Origin: Octopus bimaculoides
Taxonomy: Eukaryota
Direction of reading: 5' to 3'
DNA: 63,660 nt
Assembly (NCBI RefSeq): GCF_001194135.2
Contig: NC_068996.1
Coordinates: 22,589,969-22,653,628, forward strand
Positions within the stretch are counted from its first letter, which is position 1; every line of letters begins with the position of its first letter. The notes beneath the pieces are model-generated. The model searched no databases and was not told the DNA's origin. It saw nothing but the letters and a program-made list of their open reading frames with translations. Positions 13,701 through 26,949 of the stretch are shown here, in pieces. The position numbers and the translations under genes were made by a program.

Positions 13701-15117
13701 AACAGAGGAGAGATGGGTGTTATGAAGATGAGTTGTAGGGAAGTCTTGACAAATTCAGTAACTTTACAACANNNNNNNNNNNNNNNNNNNNNNNNNNNNN
13801 NNNNNNNNNNNNNNNNNNNNNNNNNNNNNNNNNNNNNNNNNNNNNNNNNNNNNNNNNNNNNNNNNNNNNNNNNNNNNNNNNNNNNNNNNNNNNNNNNNNN
13901 NNNNNNNNNNNNNNNNNNNNNNNNNNNNNNNNNNNNNNNNNNNNNNNNNNNNNNNNNNNNNNNNNNNNNNNNNNNNNNNNNNNNNNNNNNNNNNNNNNNN
14001 NNNNNNNNNNNNNNNNNNNNNNNNNNNNNNNNNNNNNNNNNNNNNNNNNNNNNNNNNNNNNNNNNNNNNNNNNNNNNNNNNNNNNNNNNNNNNNNNNNNN
14101 NNNNNNNNNNNNNNNNNNNNNNNNNNATATATATATATATATATACATATATACGACGGGCTTCTTTCAGTTTCCGTCTACCAAATCCACTCACAAGGCT
14201 TTGGTTGGCCCGAGGCTATAGTAGAAGACACTTGCCCAAGGTGCCACGCAGTGGGACTGAACCCGGAACCATGTGGTTGGGAAGCAAGCTACTTACAATG
14301 CAGAGCCTAGATATTAATATATATATATTTTAGGTAAATTTACTATATTAATGCCTATTCCCTACCCTGAGTATTTACTCATAGTGCATACCTGATATAT
14401 ACATGTATGTGTTTATCTTCCAATAAGGAACTGAAAAGCCAGTTTCACATCTATATCACTGTAGTCAGAATCTGTTGTTGTGTAATTTTAAATATGTGAT
14501 CAAAAAGCTGTTGTTACCAAAGCATAATAAAAAAGAAAAAATAAATAAAGGTTTATCTTAATTTATCTATTCATTTAAATAATGCGAATTTTTATTTATT
14601 TAATTCATTACTACAAGTAATGAAGAAGTGAACAATTTATGAAAATAGGTCAGTGTGACATATTTATAAAATTGTCTGTTTTATGTTCAAAATCGATTTG
14701 ATTATCACTTCTAGTATAGAAACAAAGCTAGAAACTTAGGTAGTAGAGGGTGAGTGAATTAAAACTCAAGCAATAGGGGCCATAAAGAATACCAGAAGGC
14801 GTTTGTCAAAAGTTTTACAATATGGCTAATCCAACCCCTTAAATTGACTTAATAATATATAACATAAACATATAATTTCTTTTTGTAGTTTGTGTTAACA
14901 ATTTAAGAATAATTTTTTTGACCTAAAATTTAAATATCAAGTTTTAAAAAGAAAGGATACTTTTGAAATCACTATTATTTATTCAGTGAAAATCTCTTAG
15001 AATTCAAGGAGATTTGCATTTTTCTAATAGAATTTTTTCAACAAAAAACTTTCTGTTTTTTTTCATTTTAAACTGATCTACATTAAGCTAACTTGCTTGA
15101 CCTAAATAAAATAACAG

Positions 15118-15227
15118 TTTATCATCTGCTTTACTTCTTTTCTTAAGACCTTAAATTCGAAAAGGATCTAACTGTAGATCCTTTTCGAATTTAAGGTCTT
15201 AAGAAAAGAAGTAAAGCAGATGATAAA
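15118..15227. repeat. Perfect 53-bp inverted repeat with 4-nt loop
   Basis: 15118-15170 is the exact reverse complement of 15175-15227; loop ACTG. Confidence 0.95.
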
Positions 15228-16283
15228 ATGTAATTCTTGAAGCCCTGTGTCTGAAGAGTAAAGCTGGTATGGTTTCAGTAAGAATATTTTAAAACTAGAT
15301 CTGCTGAATCAGGCTTGAACTGAGACTTACCAACAACAACTAAAAGAGTCCATTTTTGATTATTCTAAAGAATGTTGTTAGCATTTCGAAAATTATACGT
15401 TGCACTTATTTCAGTCTTTCCATTCATTTTGTGTTAGATATAGACAGGCAATATATTTGTACAAAATGATGGAAGTCAGTTTGATTGCAAAGAGATGTCA
15501 GAGACATCATAATGTGTGAAGGGCAATAACAGCTTGTATCTTGGCTTTGGTAGCACCTTATTTTTTCTCTTTTTCCTTGCTCCTGATCACCTTCAGGCAT
15601 TCCCAAGAAATGAATTCATTTGGGCTGTTGGTTTGAATTCCAATGATCTCTTCATAGAAAGAGGATTGTCAAGTTTATATAATATTCCATTTTGAAGCTA
15701 TTTGGAATAACGTCCTAGGTGGCTTGTCATTTATGCCAGGACCCCACCTATCCTTGCTAGTGGTTCATAGTAGGGACAGAGATACCAAGGCATGTCTACA
15801 CACCAGTGGGTCGGCATATCTTCTCTAGGAGTCTCTTTGCTGCCCTGCGATTCCAAACCTGGCACCACAGGGTGAGCAGTTGCCCCATATGACCATTATG
15901 AGACATTGTAAAAATCTTGGTGGTAGAAAAGCTGTATACAGCAGAAAGAGTCTACACACTTTTTGTTTCACCTCCAGCAAAAAAGCAGAAATAACATGCA
16001 CTAACAACTTACATCACAAATCTAACATTACTGCCCAGACATATTATACATGCCTTGGGTGCAAATACAGTCACACATATTAGGAATTGTCCAATACAAT
16101 CTTTAAGGTGGTAGAGTGTGATTTGTCAGAAATTTGGCTGCTGTTTGCATTTGGTGGTTGAGCTAAGGTAGGAGAAAGGTGGGTTTCTTCATTGCTGGTG
16201 GGTAAGGTAGTTGCTGGTGTGAATTTTGATTTAGCTAGTGAGGGTGATAAAGGGAAGGGATTTTTTTCAGTCACATATATATA

Positions 16284-16711
16284 CAGGGTGGTCACTAGAA
16301 AAGCAGAAAATTTGAAGGCAAAACTAACAAGCATTAATTAGATCATCAATAAACTGTGTGACAGGTGGTTTCTGATTTGTTATTTCTGTTATCGAATGAA
16401 CACATAATCAGAACAAGCATTGATGTCATTTGCTTCTAAGTGAGCCGCACATCATAGAAGAAAGCTGCGGAAGGAAACAACTATCAGACTTTCAGAGACA
16501 AATTATTGTTCTTTTCAAGAGTAAAAATCCAGCTGGGCAAAGGGGGCCTGACTAAATATTTAACTGTATTACTGAACTTTTTTCAACTATATCACAAGAC
16601 ATCAGTTTGATACTGTTGTTGCAACTTTGAAACTTTGTTTACTTCAAATAGATCTTGTGAAAGTATAAATTCGCATTTCACGAATTTTCCGCTTTTATAG
16701 CAACCACCCTA
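16284..16711. mobile_element. Tc1/mariner-type MITE (~430 bp)
   Basis: TA|CAGGGTGGTCACTAGAAAAGCAGAAAATT ... AATTTTCCGCTTTTATAGCAACCACCCTA|TA; imperfect ~29-bp TIRs. Confidence 0.75.
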
Positions 16712-17410
16712 TATACTGAAACATAAATATCACCATAGGATATATCATCAGTGGCAGCAGTGGTGGTACCAAGAATGGTGGCAATGGTACAGGTGTTGTT
16801 TTATGTCTGCTTTTTATATTGACAGTGGTCAGACAGGTTGTCATGGTCTGAGTCAATTTTCATTTGAAGTTTCTGCTTTTGTAGATAGGTCAGGGAGCAT
16901 GCCTCTCCTATCTATTCCATTTATGTTTAGCATGATTTTTATAGATTTTCTCACTTCTACTGTCCTACTATCCAGGTGAAATTTCTTCTCTCTGCTCTCT
17001 TTTGTTCTACCAGGTGAAAGGCATTTCTGTATTTCCTCTTGGTGTTATCTTTTGCATAATTTTATCATGTCTAAACAGTAAGGGGCTAGTTAGATGTCTT
17101 ATTTGTCCAGTTTGAATAGAAAGACCATTCACATTCCCATAAATATTTATGTGTGTGCCTGTGCATGTGTGTATTTATGTCTATACACACATATACATAT
17201 ACAATACATATTACTAACAAAGACTGTTTATTTTGAAGTTTTACTAATACTAGACTCTCAAAGTAGTAATTGGTAAGATGAAATTCTCTTTATTATCTAT
17301 GATACTAATTGGTGTACAGAAAAAGCAGTGGGTTGAAATAGTGAATAAAAGCTTCAAGTGGGAGGAAGAAAGAAGAAAAAACAGGTGCAGACATTCTCAC
17401 AGGCACCCAT

Positions 17411-17730
17411 CATTGTCCCTATCATATCACTGACTCCTTTACCTGCACTTCTAGCAACATCATTTACTGCATGTCCTGCTCTTTCTGTCCTTCTCTGTAC
17501 ATCGATCAAACGGGACACCACTTAGCTGATGGGTTCCTGGAGTACCTCTGAGACATTAGACTCGGCAATGACACCTTGGTCTCACATCATTTCCGCTCTA
17601 TCAGTCATTCGTTACAACACCTGTCTGTGTTCGGATTGTCTTTGCATGGGGGTCATCTGGATTCCTGTCTTCACTGTGAACTGGAATTAATCTTCCCTCT
17701 TCACTCCTTTGTGCCAAATGAGCTCAACTT
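17411..17730 (+). mobile_element. Penelope-like element 3' fragment (GIY-YIG endonuclease remnant)
   Basis: Translates TDSFTCTSSNIIYCMSCSFCPSLYIDQTGHHLADGFLEYL*DIR...SHHF...HCELELIFPLHSFVPNELN, the PLE GIY-YIG pattern with an in-frame stop. Confidence 0.8.
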
Positions 17731-17936
17731 GACTCCCCTCTTCATCTGATTTCCCTCCTCTCCTCTCTTCATCTGACACCTACTTCCTCTCTTCACTCCT
17801 ACCCACCTCTCCTCTCTTCTCTTGCCCTGATACCTACTTCCTCTCTTCACTCCTATCCACCTTCTCTCTTCATTGATACCTCCATCCACCCCCACACATC
17901 CTCACATCCCACATACCTCACATCCTCACCCCAAAC

Positions 17937-18026
17937 CCACACCTCACTCTCACATCCCCACACCTCACTCTCATATCCCCACACCTCACTCTCACATCCC
18001 CACACCTCACTCTCACATCCCCACAC
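17937..18026. repeat. 21-bp minisatellite (ccacacctcactctcacatcc) x~4
   Basis: Direct tandem units, which give the PHSHIPT/WGCESEV repeats in the ORF track. Confidence 0.9.
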
Positions 18027-19193
18027 TGCCACCCCACACCACATCACACTGCTCCACACCACTCTGTACACACTAGCACTGACCACTTCCCAGCATCCAC
18101 ACCATCATCCACACACCCACACATTACAGATGCACACAAACATGCACACATCAAAGTCACCACTCCCTATCCACACACACACATTCTCACATACACACGC
18201 ATACACACCTTCCTTTTGGGTTCACCAGTACTTTATTACTTCCCCTTCTTCCTAGTTCTGTCTAACTACCTTTGTCCAACCAGTCACCATGATTGACCGC
18301 TACTAACTCCACAAGTTTTTTAATTCTCACTCTGTTTATTTCCTCATGTTCCTGTTGAATAGCATAGGCTCAAAACATAAAATACTTTCTCACCTTCCTA
18401 AGCGTCAAACTAATACACCTGCTTGTTGTTTATACACCTGTCTTTGTTTTTCTGTANNNNNNNNNNNNNNNNNNNNNNNNNNNNNNNNNNNNNNNNNNNN
18501 NNNNNNNNNNNNNNNNNNNNNNNNNNNNNNNNNNNNNNNNNNNNNNNNNNNNNNNNNNNNNNNNNNNNNNNNNNNNNNNNNNNNNNNNNNNNNNNNNNNN
18601 NNNNNNNNNNNNNNNNNNNNNNNNNNNNNNNNNNNNNNNNNNNNNNNNNNNNNNNNNNNNNNNNNNNNNNNNNNNNNNNNNNNNNNNTATATATATATAT
18701 ATATATTAATGTTTGTGTGAAAGTGTGTGGCTTAGTGGTTAGAGTATTCAGCTCACAATTGTAAGGTTGTTAGTTCAATTCCTAGTGACACGTTGTGTCC
18801 TTGAGAAAGGCACTTTATTTCACAATTGCTCCAGTCTACTCAGCTAGCAAAAATGAGTAGTACCTGTATTTCAAAGGGGTAGCCATGTCACATTCTGTGT
18901 CATGCTGAATCTCCTCATGAACTACGTTAAGGGTACACGTGTCTGTGGAGTGCTCAGCCACATGCATGTTAATTTCATGAGCAGGCTGTTCAGTTGACCA
19001 GATCAACTGGAACCCTTGCCGTAACCAACAAAGTGCCATTGATTGACTGTTTGTTCAGTTTTACTAAAAGCAATTTTATATTAATCTGATGGGTTACTCT
19101 ATACTTTTGTAGACTACAAATTTATTATTCTTATGCAAGAATGTTGTTGACAGTGACTTTGAAGCTTTGGCCAAATAAGGCATCATCAGACTA

Positions 19194-19199
<6 letters not shown>

Positions 19200-19259
<60 letters not shown>
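19200..19259. repeat. (TG)n microsatellite, representative of dozens of (TA)n, (TG)n, (GAT)n, (TACA)n and (TAA)n tracts
   Basis: Direct inspection. Confidence 0.95.
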
Positions 19260-19261
<2 letters not shown>

Positions 19262-20316
19262 TTGTTTGTATGTATATATGCCTTTGTGTGTGTATTTATA
19301 TCTGTATTTATTTCCCCCACCACAACACCCCTTAGTAACCAGTGCTGGTTTGTTTACATTCCCATAACTTAGCAATTCAAGAAAAGGTCCCATTAGAAAA
19401 AAGTACCAGACTGAAAAATATGAGTACTAGGATTGATTTGTTTGACTAAACCCTTCAAGGTTGTGCCCCGGCATGGCCACAGTCCAATGACTGAAACAAG
19501 TTGAAAAACGAGAGGTAAGATACACTTCAAGAGTGATTATTTTAAAAATCAACATTGAACCTGTAGGAAAATGTGATTGCTCTAAAAGAGCTCTAATTCT
19601 ATGTGCATGCGTGGATGAATGTTCCAAAATGGCGTCTAGAACCAGGCATCACTACAAACCTTTTCAGAAGTGATATATAAATAATTGATTATTTATTGTG
19701 GAGATGTACTTGCATAGCAAGTGACCTGATCTGAGGTCGTGTGCTGGAACGAAAACAATTGCAGCATGGAAGGTGTTTATAAGCCATTTAAAATAACACA
19801 CAAGAACCGTTAACTATAATATAACATTTAACTATAATATACCAAAATATTTTTGTCGCTTTGAGACCGCGACCTGTTCACTAATAAAATTCTGTGCTGC
19901 ATCTGAGAAAGTAACAGTTAGTTCATGATATATATGTAAGTATGTATGTATGTGTGTATGTATGCATGTATGTCTGTATGTGCGTGATTATTTATTGTAT
20001 TGATTATTATCAGTTGTTTGTATGTTTTAGTGGAAAATATATGATAAAGCCATGCCTAACTTTCTCTCACTCATGTATTTTGTGCTCCAAATCCATCTTT
20101 TTTGTTTCTGTTCTTGTTTATTTATATTTTTTCTTTTTTTTTTTAAATCTTTTTTCTTTTCCTCTTAATTGCAGTTATCTTCCATCTTTAAATGAAAAGA
20201 ATTGTTCAGGCATTTATGATATATGTTATGAGGTTGTCTGGTCTACTTAGAGTATTGGGCTCACAATCATAAAGTTGTGGGTTCAGTTCCTTAGACTAAG
20301 AAACTGTTGTCTAAAG

Positions 20317-20579
20317 CAGGGGTTTTCAAACTTTTTGACTTGTGGACCCCTTTATATTTCAGGCTTTACCTTATAAACGCTTATGAAATTTATACATAAA
20401 TATTTGCTTAAAATAACATATATTTTTACATTTATTTATTTAACAGTATTTAACAAATAGGTTTATTGTCAATTAAAAGATTTTGATTAAAAAACATATA
20501 TAAAATCAAATTGCCCATAAAAAGTATTTGCTGTCTACGGACCCCCTGTGGTCCATGGACCACAGTTTGAAAACCCCTG
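20317..20579. mobile_element. hAT (Charlie-like) MITE, 263 bp, inserted into a SINE head
   Basis: TIRs CAGGGGTTTTCAAACT / AGTTTGAAAACCCCTG; perfect 8-bp TSD GTCTAAAG at 20309-20316 and 20580-20587. Confidence 0.9.
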
Positions 20580-20855
20580 GTCTAAAGGATATGGTTGTGT
20601 CCTTGAGCAAGATGCTTCATTTCACATTTTTCTCTTGTTTGCCCAGCTGAAAATGGGTACCAGCTTAGTACTTGTGTAGCTCTTTATCCTTCTAATTGCC
20701 ACATTAAAGGATACAAGGACTGAGAGGATGTCTCTGCTTGCTTGAAACTACACAGGCACCTTAAACAATTAACGAAAGCATGGTACATGTTATCGAATCA
20801 TGAGCAACAGCTATGGTTTTGTTTGTATATCTATCTCTATATAGATATATAAGTA

Positions 20856-21245
20856 GTGGAGGCGCAATGACCCAGTGGTTAGGGCAGCGGACTCGCGGTC
20901 ATAGGATCGCGGTTTCGATTCCCAGACCAGGCGTTGTGAGTGTTTATTGAGCGAAAGCACCTAAAAGTTCCACGAGGCTCCTGCAGGGGATGGTGGCGAA
21001 CCCTGCTGTACTCTTTCACCACAACTTTCTCTCACTCTTTCTTCCTGTTTCTGTTGTGCCTGTAATTCAAAGGGTCAGCCATGTCACACTGTGTCACGCT
21101 GAATATCCCCGAGAACTACGTTAAGGGTACACATGTCTGTGGAGTGCTCAGCCACTTGCACGTTAATTTCACGAGCTGGCTGTTCCGTTGATCGGATCAA
21201 CTGGAACCCTCGATGTCGTAAGCGACGGAGTGCCAACACACACAC
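20856..21245 (+). mobile_element. tRNA-derived SINE family B, full length with 13-bp TSD
   Basis: tRNA-like head (A box ...CAGTGGTTAGG, B-box-like GTTTCGATTCC); TSD AGATATATAAGTA at 20843-20855 and 21246-21258. Confidence 0.85.
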
Positions 21246-23354
21246 AGATATATAAGTATTTGTATATATGTGTGTATTTATGCCCATATGCAAGAGATTA
21301 GCATGTGTGTATTTATAAGAATTATTTGTATAGTTGTATATTTCTGTGTATGTATGTATACCCAAAAAAAACAGAAAGAACTCCACTATTTTAGCATTTG
21401 ATTAAAAGGGAAAAATTAATTTTTATGACAGAAAATGAAATTGTTTTTAGAGAGAGAAAATAGCAACTGTGCTGATTTGCCTAGTATATGTATGTGAACG
21501 AACTATTGAAAACTGTATTTCTATATACTCAATATGCTAGAAATAACTGTGAAGTCTCCCTACAATCACATCTTACCTTCTTTCAGTAAATCATATCTTA
21601 CCTTCTTTCAGTGAAGATATCTTTGATTTTCAGTTGAAACGATCTTTAAAATGATCTCAAAAGTCTTATGAAACAAATTGCAAACTCACTGAAAACAAAT
21701 GATAAATTAATACTAATGATGCACTAAAAAAATAAAATGAGTAATTTTAGTAACAAACTACAATTGATGAAGCAAATACTGACAGTAATATGGTCAACTG
21801 AAACCTTTGAAATAAGTGCCCCAGCATGGCCACAGCCTGTAAACCAAAACTAGTAAAAGAATGTATACAAACATAATGAAAGGTTTGCTCTAAGCATACC
21901 TTCTAAATGTTTCGAAACCTCTTGTTTTCTCAGGAAACAGTGAAACGCAAGATTGGAAAGTTTAAGAATATAAAAGTCCTTGGAATGAAGACTACAAGAA
22001 TTAAGAAGATGAAACGGCCAGATCTAAGATAGAAAGTGAAGCTGCATACTCTGAAGAATGGAATCAGTTTTAGGTAGGATTCATCATGACAATGCATCAT
22101 TGATTAAATATTTTTATGACAATGTAGCTGTGATCAATGACAACATGTCATGTCAGGTCAGGTATGAGTTTGGTCTTGTCTCAAGTGTGTGCATTTGGGT
22201 AGAATAAATCAGGATGGTTATTTTACTGATTAGGAAAATGCTAACAAACATTCTGGTATTTCCAATTAAAAAAGAAAAGTAATTTTAAAAAATTTAATTT
22301 TATAGCTTTTATTGTCTTTGCAGGTTCTGGTTAGGTTACTACAACTTATGTTCAGTTTGAATTCCTGTTAAAAAAATGTTTACAGAAGAGAGGAGTTCCA
22401 GTGGAATGCAGTGAGAGAGATTAAAAAAAAAAAAAGAATGAATGAACTGCCTAATAGGAGCAGGAGTAGGATTGAAAGAGAATTAGTAAGATGATAAGAA
22501 GTAGATAAGGTACATAATTTGTTAATTCAGTGGGGCAGAAAACATTAAGCTAATGACAGGGGGAAACAGGGGTACTGTACAAGTAAGGTTAGTGTGTTAG
22601 TAAACTTTGTTAATCAGATAGGCTAAAGAGGATAATGGTGGTGGTGGTGGTAGTGGTGGTGGTGGTGGTGGCGCTGATGCTGGTGATGAGATGAGGAGGA
22701 GTTGCTAATGTATATTTGTATATTTGTTTATGAACACAAACACACACACACACCATCCTCCTTATCATCATCTAATGTTTGTTTTCCATGCTGGCATGGG
22801 TTAGATGGTTTGACAGGAACTGACCAGCTGGGATGCTGTCCAGACTCCAATCGTCTGTTGTGGTATGGTTTCTACGGCTGAATGCCCTTACTAATGCCAA
22901 CAACCTTACTGAGTGTGCTGCGTGTTTTATTATGTGCCACTGGCCTGGGTGCAGTTATGCAGCACCAGCATGATTACATTTTATGTGACACCAGCAAGAG
23001 TGCATTTTATGTGGGACCAACACCTGTAAAGGACAAGCCTGTATGTATGTACAGCAAATTACCACTTCCCTTGGTCCCTTGTCATTTCCTCAGTGAAGCC
23101 CAGCGTCCAAAGAACCCTTTTTACCACTTCATCCCACGTCTTCCTGAGTCTATCCCTTCCACAAGTTCCCTCAACAATAAGAGCTCAGCACTTCTTATGC
23201 TGCTGTATCCAACCTTACTAATATATTATAGGATAGGCTGTAGGCTAAAATGATATTACAAAATTATTATTAGTAACCAATAAGCTAATTCTACAATTTC
23301 TAGTGTTGCAAACATCACCATCACTGAGAAAGTTAATAAACTGATGATTATACT

Positions 23355-23444
<90 letters not shown>

Positions 23445-23533
23445 TGCATGGAAAATGGATGTTAAACAATGATGATGAGGATGGTATGATATATTTGTAT
23501 ATGTGTGTTTGTGTGTACACACACAAACATATA

Positions 23534-24553
23534 CAGGGGTTGGACAAAATAATGGAAACACCTTAAAATTTAAAACAAATTAATTTTAATATGGGGTAGG
23601 CCCACCTTTGGCAGTAATTACAGCTTAAATTCTACGAGTTATGGACTCATATAAAGTTTGAATTATTTCCAAAGGAATTTTTGTCCATTCTTCAGCTAAA
23701 ACAGTCCCCAGTTCTTGTAGTGATGATAGTGGAGGATATCGACTCCTTACTTGTTTTTCTAAAATGCAGCATAAATGTTCAATAATATTGAGATCTGGGG
23801 ACTGTGGTGGCCAGATTCAGCTAGAATGTTCCTCGTGCCATTCAGTAACAACTTTATCTGTGTGAATTGGTGCATTATCATCCTGAAAGATTGCGTTGTC
23901 CTCCGGAAACAGTTCCACAACCATGGGATGAATTTGATCAAATAAAATGCTTAAATAGTCTTGAATATTAATTTTGCCATGAAGGGATATTATTGGGCCA
24001 GCGGATTTCCAAGACATAGCCCACCAGATCATCACAGATCCTCCTCCATGTTTAACAGTTGGAAGAAGGCAGTCTGGTTCAAATGCCTCTTTGGCTGTCT
24101 CCACATGTATACTCAGCTGGTGGTCGAAAATAAGGTAAAGGATGACTCATCCGAGAAAATAACATCCTTCCACTATTCTAGGGACCAGTTCTGTAGGTTT
24201 TTACTCCACTCTAAACACTTTGCAACATTTGTTTGTGAAAGTAGTGGATTTCTGATTGCAGCCCTCCCATGAAATCCAGCTTTGTGCAGCTCCCAGCAAA
24301 CAGTTTTTGTGGAAACTGGGTTCTTGAGTTGGTCATTAAACTCTGCAGTAATTTTGGGAGCTGTACTTTTGTGATCTTTTCTAAATATTCGCGTAAGAGT
24401 CCAATGGTCCCTATCTGAAAGTTTGGTTTTCTTCTGGAGTTTTGTTTCAACGAGGAGGTTTATCCCTCTTTCTCAAAGGCTGTCATTACTTTCGAGACAG
24501 TACTTCTTGATATACCAAACATTTCAGCTGTTTTTGTTACGCTAGCGCCTGTC
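23534..24553 (-). mobile_element. Tc1-family DNA transposon, degenerate transposase; right end lost in gap
   Basis: TA|CAGGGGTTGGACAAAATAATGGAAACAC terminus; minus-strand peptides AEMFGISRSTVSKV (HTH), VKHGGGSVMIW and FQDDNAPIH, with stops and frameshifts. Confidence 0.9.
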
Positions 24554-24899
24554 NNNNNNNNNNNNNNNNNNNNNNNNNNNNNNNNNNNNNNNNNNNNNNN
24601 NNNNNNNNNNNNNNNNNNNNNNNNNNNNNNNNNNNNNNNNNNNNNNNNNNNNNNNNNNNNNNNNNNNNNNNNNNNNNNNNNNNNNNNNNNNNNNNNNNNN
24701 NNNNNNNNNNNNNNNNNNNNNNNNNNNNNNNNNNNNNNNNNNNNNNNNNNNNNNNNNNNNNNNNNNNNNNNNNNNNNNNNNNNNNNNNNNNNNNNNNNNN
24801 NNGTAAATATATGTAGATTCAGAAGAATATGGTACTTAAGTTGAGGCACCAGAATTTAGTACGGTATTATCCATACAATTTCAAAATAAGGTGATTAAA

Positions 24900-26906
24900 A
24901 TCAAAATAAGCAACAAGGATATCCAGGGGTAATGCAGTATGATCGTTTCACAAAACTCCATTTAATTGAACAATGCAACCGTTACATCAATTTAAGTACA
25001 GAGCAATCCTCAGCTGCACAAAGACATAGAATTTAATTAAATTAAAACAGCACAGGAGTGGTTGTGTGGTAAGTAGCTTGCTTACCGACCACATGGTTCC
25101 GGGTTCATTCCCACTGCATGGCACCTTGGACAAGTGTCTTCTACTATAGCCTTGGGCCAACCAATGCCTTGTGAGTGGATTTGGTAGACGGAAACTGAAG
25201 TCCGTCATATATATGTATTTATATATATGTATGTGTGTGTATATGTTTGTGTGTCTGTGTTTGTCCCCCCACTATCACTTGACAACCTAAGTTGGTGTGT
25301 TTACGTCCCGCGTAACTTAGCGGTTCGGCAAAAAAAACCGATACTAGGCTTACAAAGAATAAGTCTTGGAGTCGATTTGTTCGACTAAAGGCGGTGCTCC
25401 AGCATAGCCACAGTCAAATGACTAAAACAAGTAAAAGAGTAAAAGAGAGATGGGCATATTAGTATAATTTTACTTAAAATCTCCAAGAAGTTAAGGAGAT
25501 AGACAAAGAACATGCTGCCTTCACTTCAGCTTAGAAGCTACAAAGGTATCAGGAAGAAAGACTTGTTACAGATTTTGCTTGTCACTGTTTTATGGAGTCA
25601 GTTTTAATTTATAGACTAGCTTTATCAAATCCTTGTATATCTAAAGCCGAGAGAACAAGGGGCAGTGTCTGTTAGGGGTAAAGCTGAGGGAGTTGACACA
25701 AATCATAGTGGGTATAGTCATAAAAGAAATCAAGATTTATTAGAAGCAATATCATGAGATTTAGTAAAGGAATAACTTAAATCAAGAACTTAGCTGACAA
25801 TTAAGGGGGCTGGCCACTAGCAAACCACTGATAATGAAACAGGAAATCTTATCATGTAGTACTATAGTTAAATATTTTAAACAATATTGCCACATTGTAT
25901 AAAGTTAAAGTTTAGGGCTATTCTGAGGATTATTAAAAAGAATATTATAACAAAAGGATAAAATGTTTTATGAATACTTTTGAGTATATACCACACTTTT
26001 ACCACAATAGAGGGAGGAAAAGAAATTATCTAGAAATAGTTTAATATTTATACATATTATATGTTTAAATACTAACTTATCAGATGGTATCTGTGAATAT
26101 TGATCAATTGGTATATATTGGTATTTAATAAAGGAATACTGAGGTAAAAGAACATGCTAACTATATATTGTAATGAACTGCTTTGATTAAAATTTAATTA
26201 AGTAGTGAATATACCAGTATTGTTTAATATAAGCTAAATATGAATTTATAGAGGTACAAAAATCAGATTTATTTTATAAATAAATAAAGGCTATTATAAA
26301 ATAATAAAGAAAGAAAATAATCAGGTAGGGCAGAACACCATAGAAAAGGAATAAAATAGCTTAATCTCTAAAACATAAAGTATATGTAGCTTATTATAAT
26401 ATAATAACCTTTATTTATTTATAAAATAAATCTAATTTTTGTACCTCTATAAATTCATATTTAGCTTATATTAAACAATACTGGTATATTCACTACTTAT
26501 AATAAACTGCTTAGATTAAAATTTAATTAATATATAGTTAGCATGTTCTTTTACCTCAGTACTCCTTTATTAAATACCAGTATATACCAATTGATCAATA
26601 TTCACAGATACCATCTGATAAGTTAGTATTTAAGTATACAATATGTATAAATATTAAACTATTTCTAGATAATTTCTTTTCCTTCCTCTATTGTGGTAAA
26701 AGTTTAGTATATACACAAAAGTATTCAAAAAAATTTTTATCCTTTTAAGTAAAATTATACTAATGTATCCATCTGTTTTAATTTAATTAAATTATATGTC
26801 GTTGTGCAGCTGAGGATTGCTCTGCATTTAAATTGATGTAATGGTTGCATTGTTCAATTTAATGGAGTTGCGTGAAACGATTGTACTACATCCTTGTTGC
26901 TTATTT

Positions 26907-26910
<4 letters not shown>
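24900..26910. mobile_element. Large foldback element (~500-bp arms, ~100-bp spacer); left arm interrupted by a SINE and a ~470-bp segment
   Basis: 24900-25050, 25448-25479 and 25952-26298 together are the reverse complement of 26402-26910. Confidence 0.8.
25051..25447 (+). mobile_element. Dominant tRNA-derived SINE family A, full length
   Basis: Head caggagtggttgtgtggtaagtagcttgcttacc...ggttccgggttca, CORE-like gcaccttggacaagtgtctt, central (TA/TG)n, tail gctccagcat...gactaaaacaagtaaaagagtaaaagag. Confidence 0.85.

Positions 26911-26946
<36 letters not shown>

Positions 26947-26949
<3 letters not shown>

Noticed and set aside
19845-19890. Minus-strand GTGAACA-G-GTCGC..GCGAC-AAAA hammerhead-like arrangement
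   Set aside because: Three core positions differ and stem I does not pair in this copy.
20856-20930. tRNA-like sequence (also in other SINE heads)
   Set aside because: It continues into a repeated SINE body with TSD and tail, and has no complete cloverleaf; not a tRNA gene.
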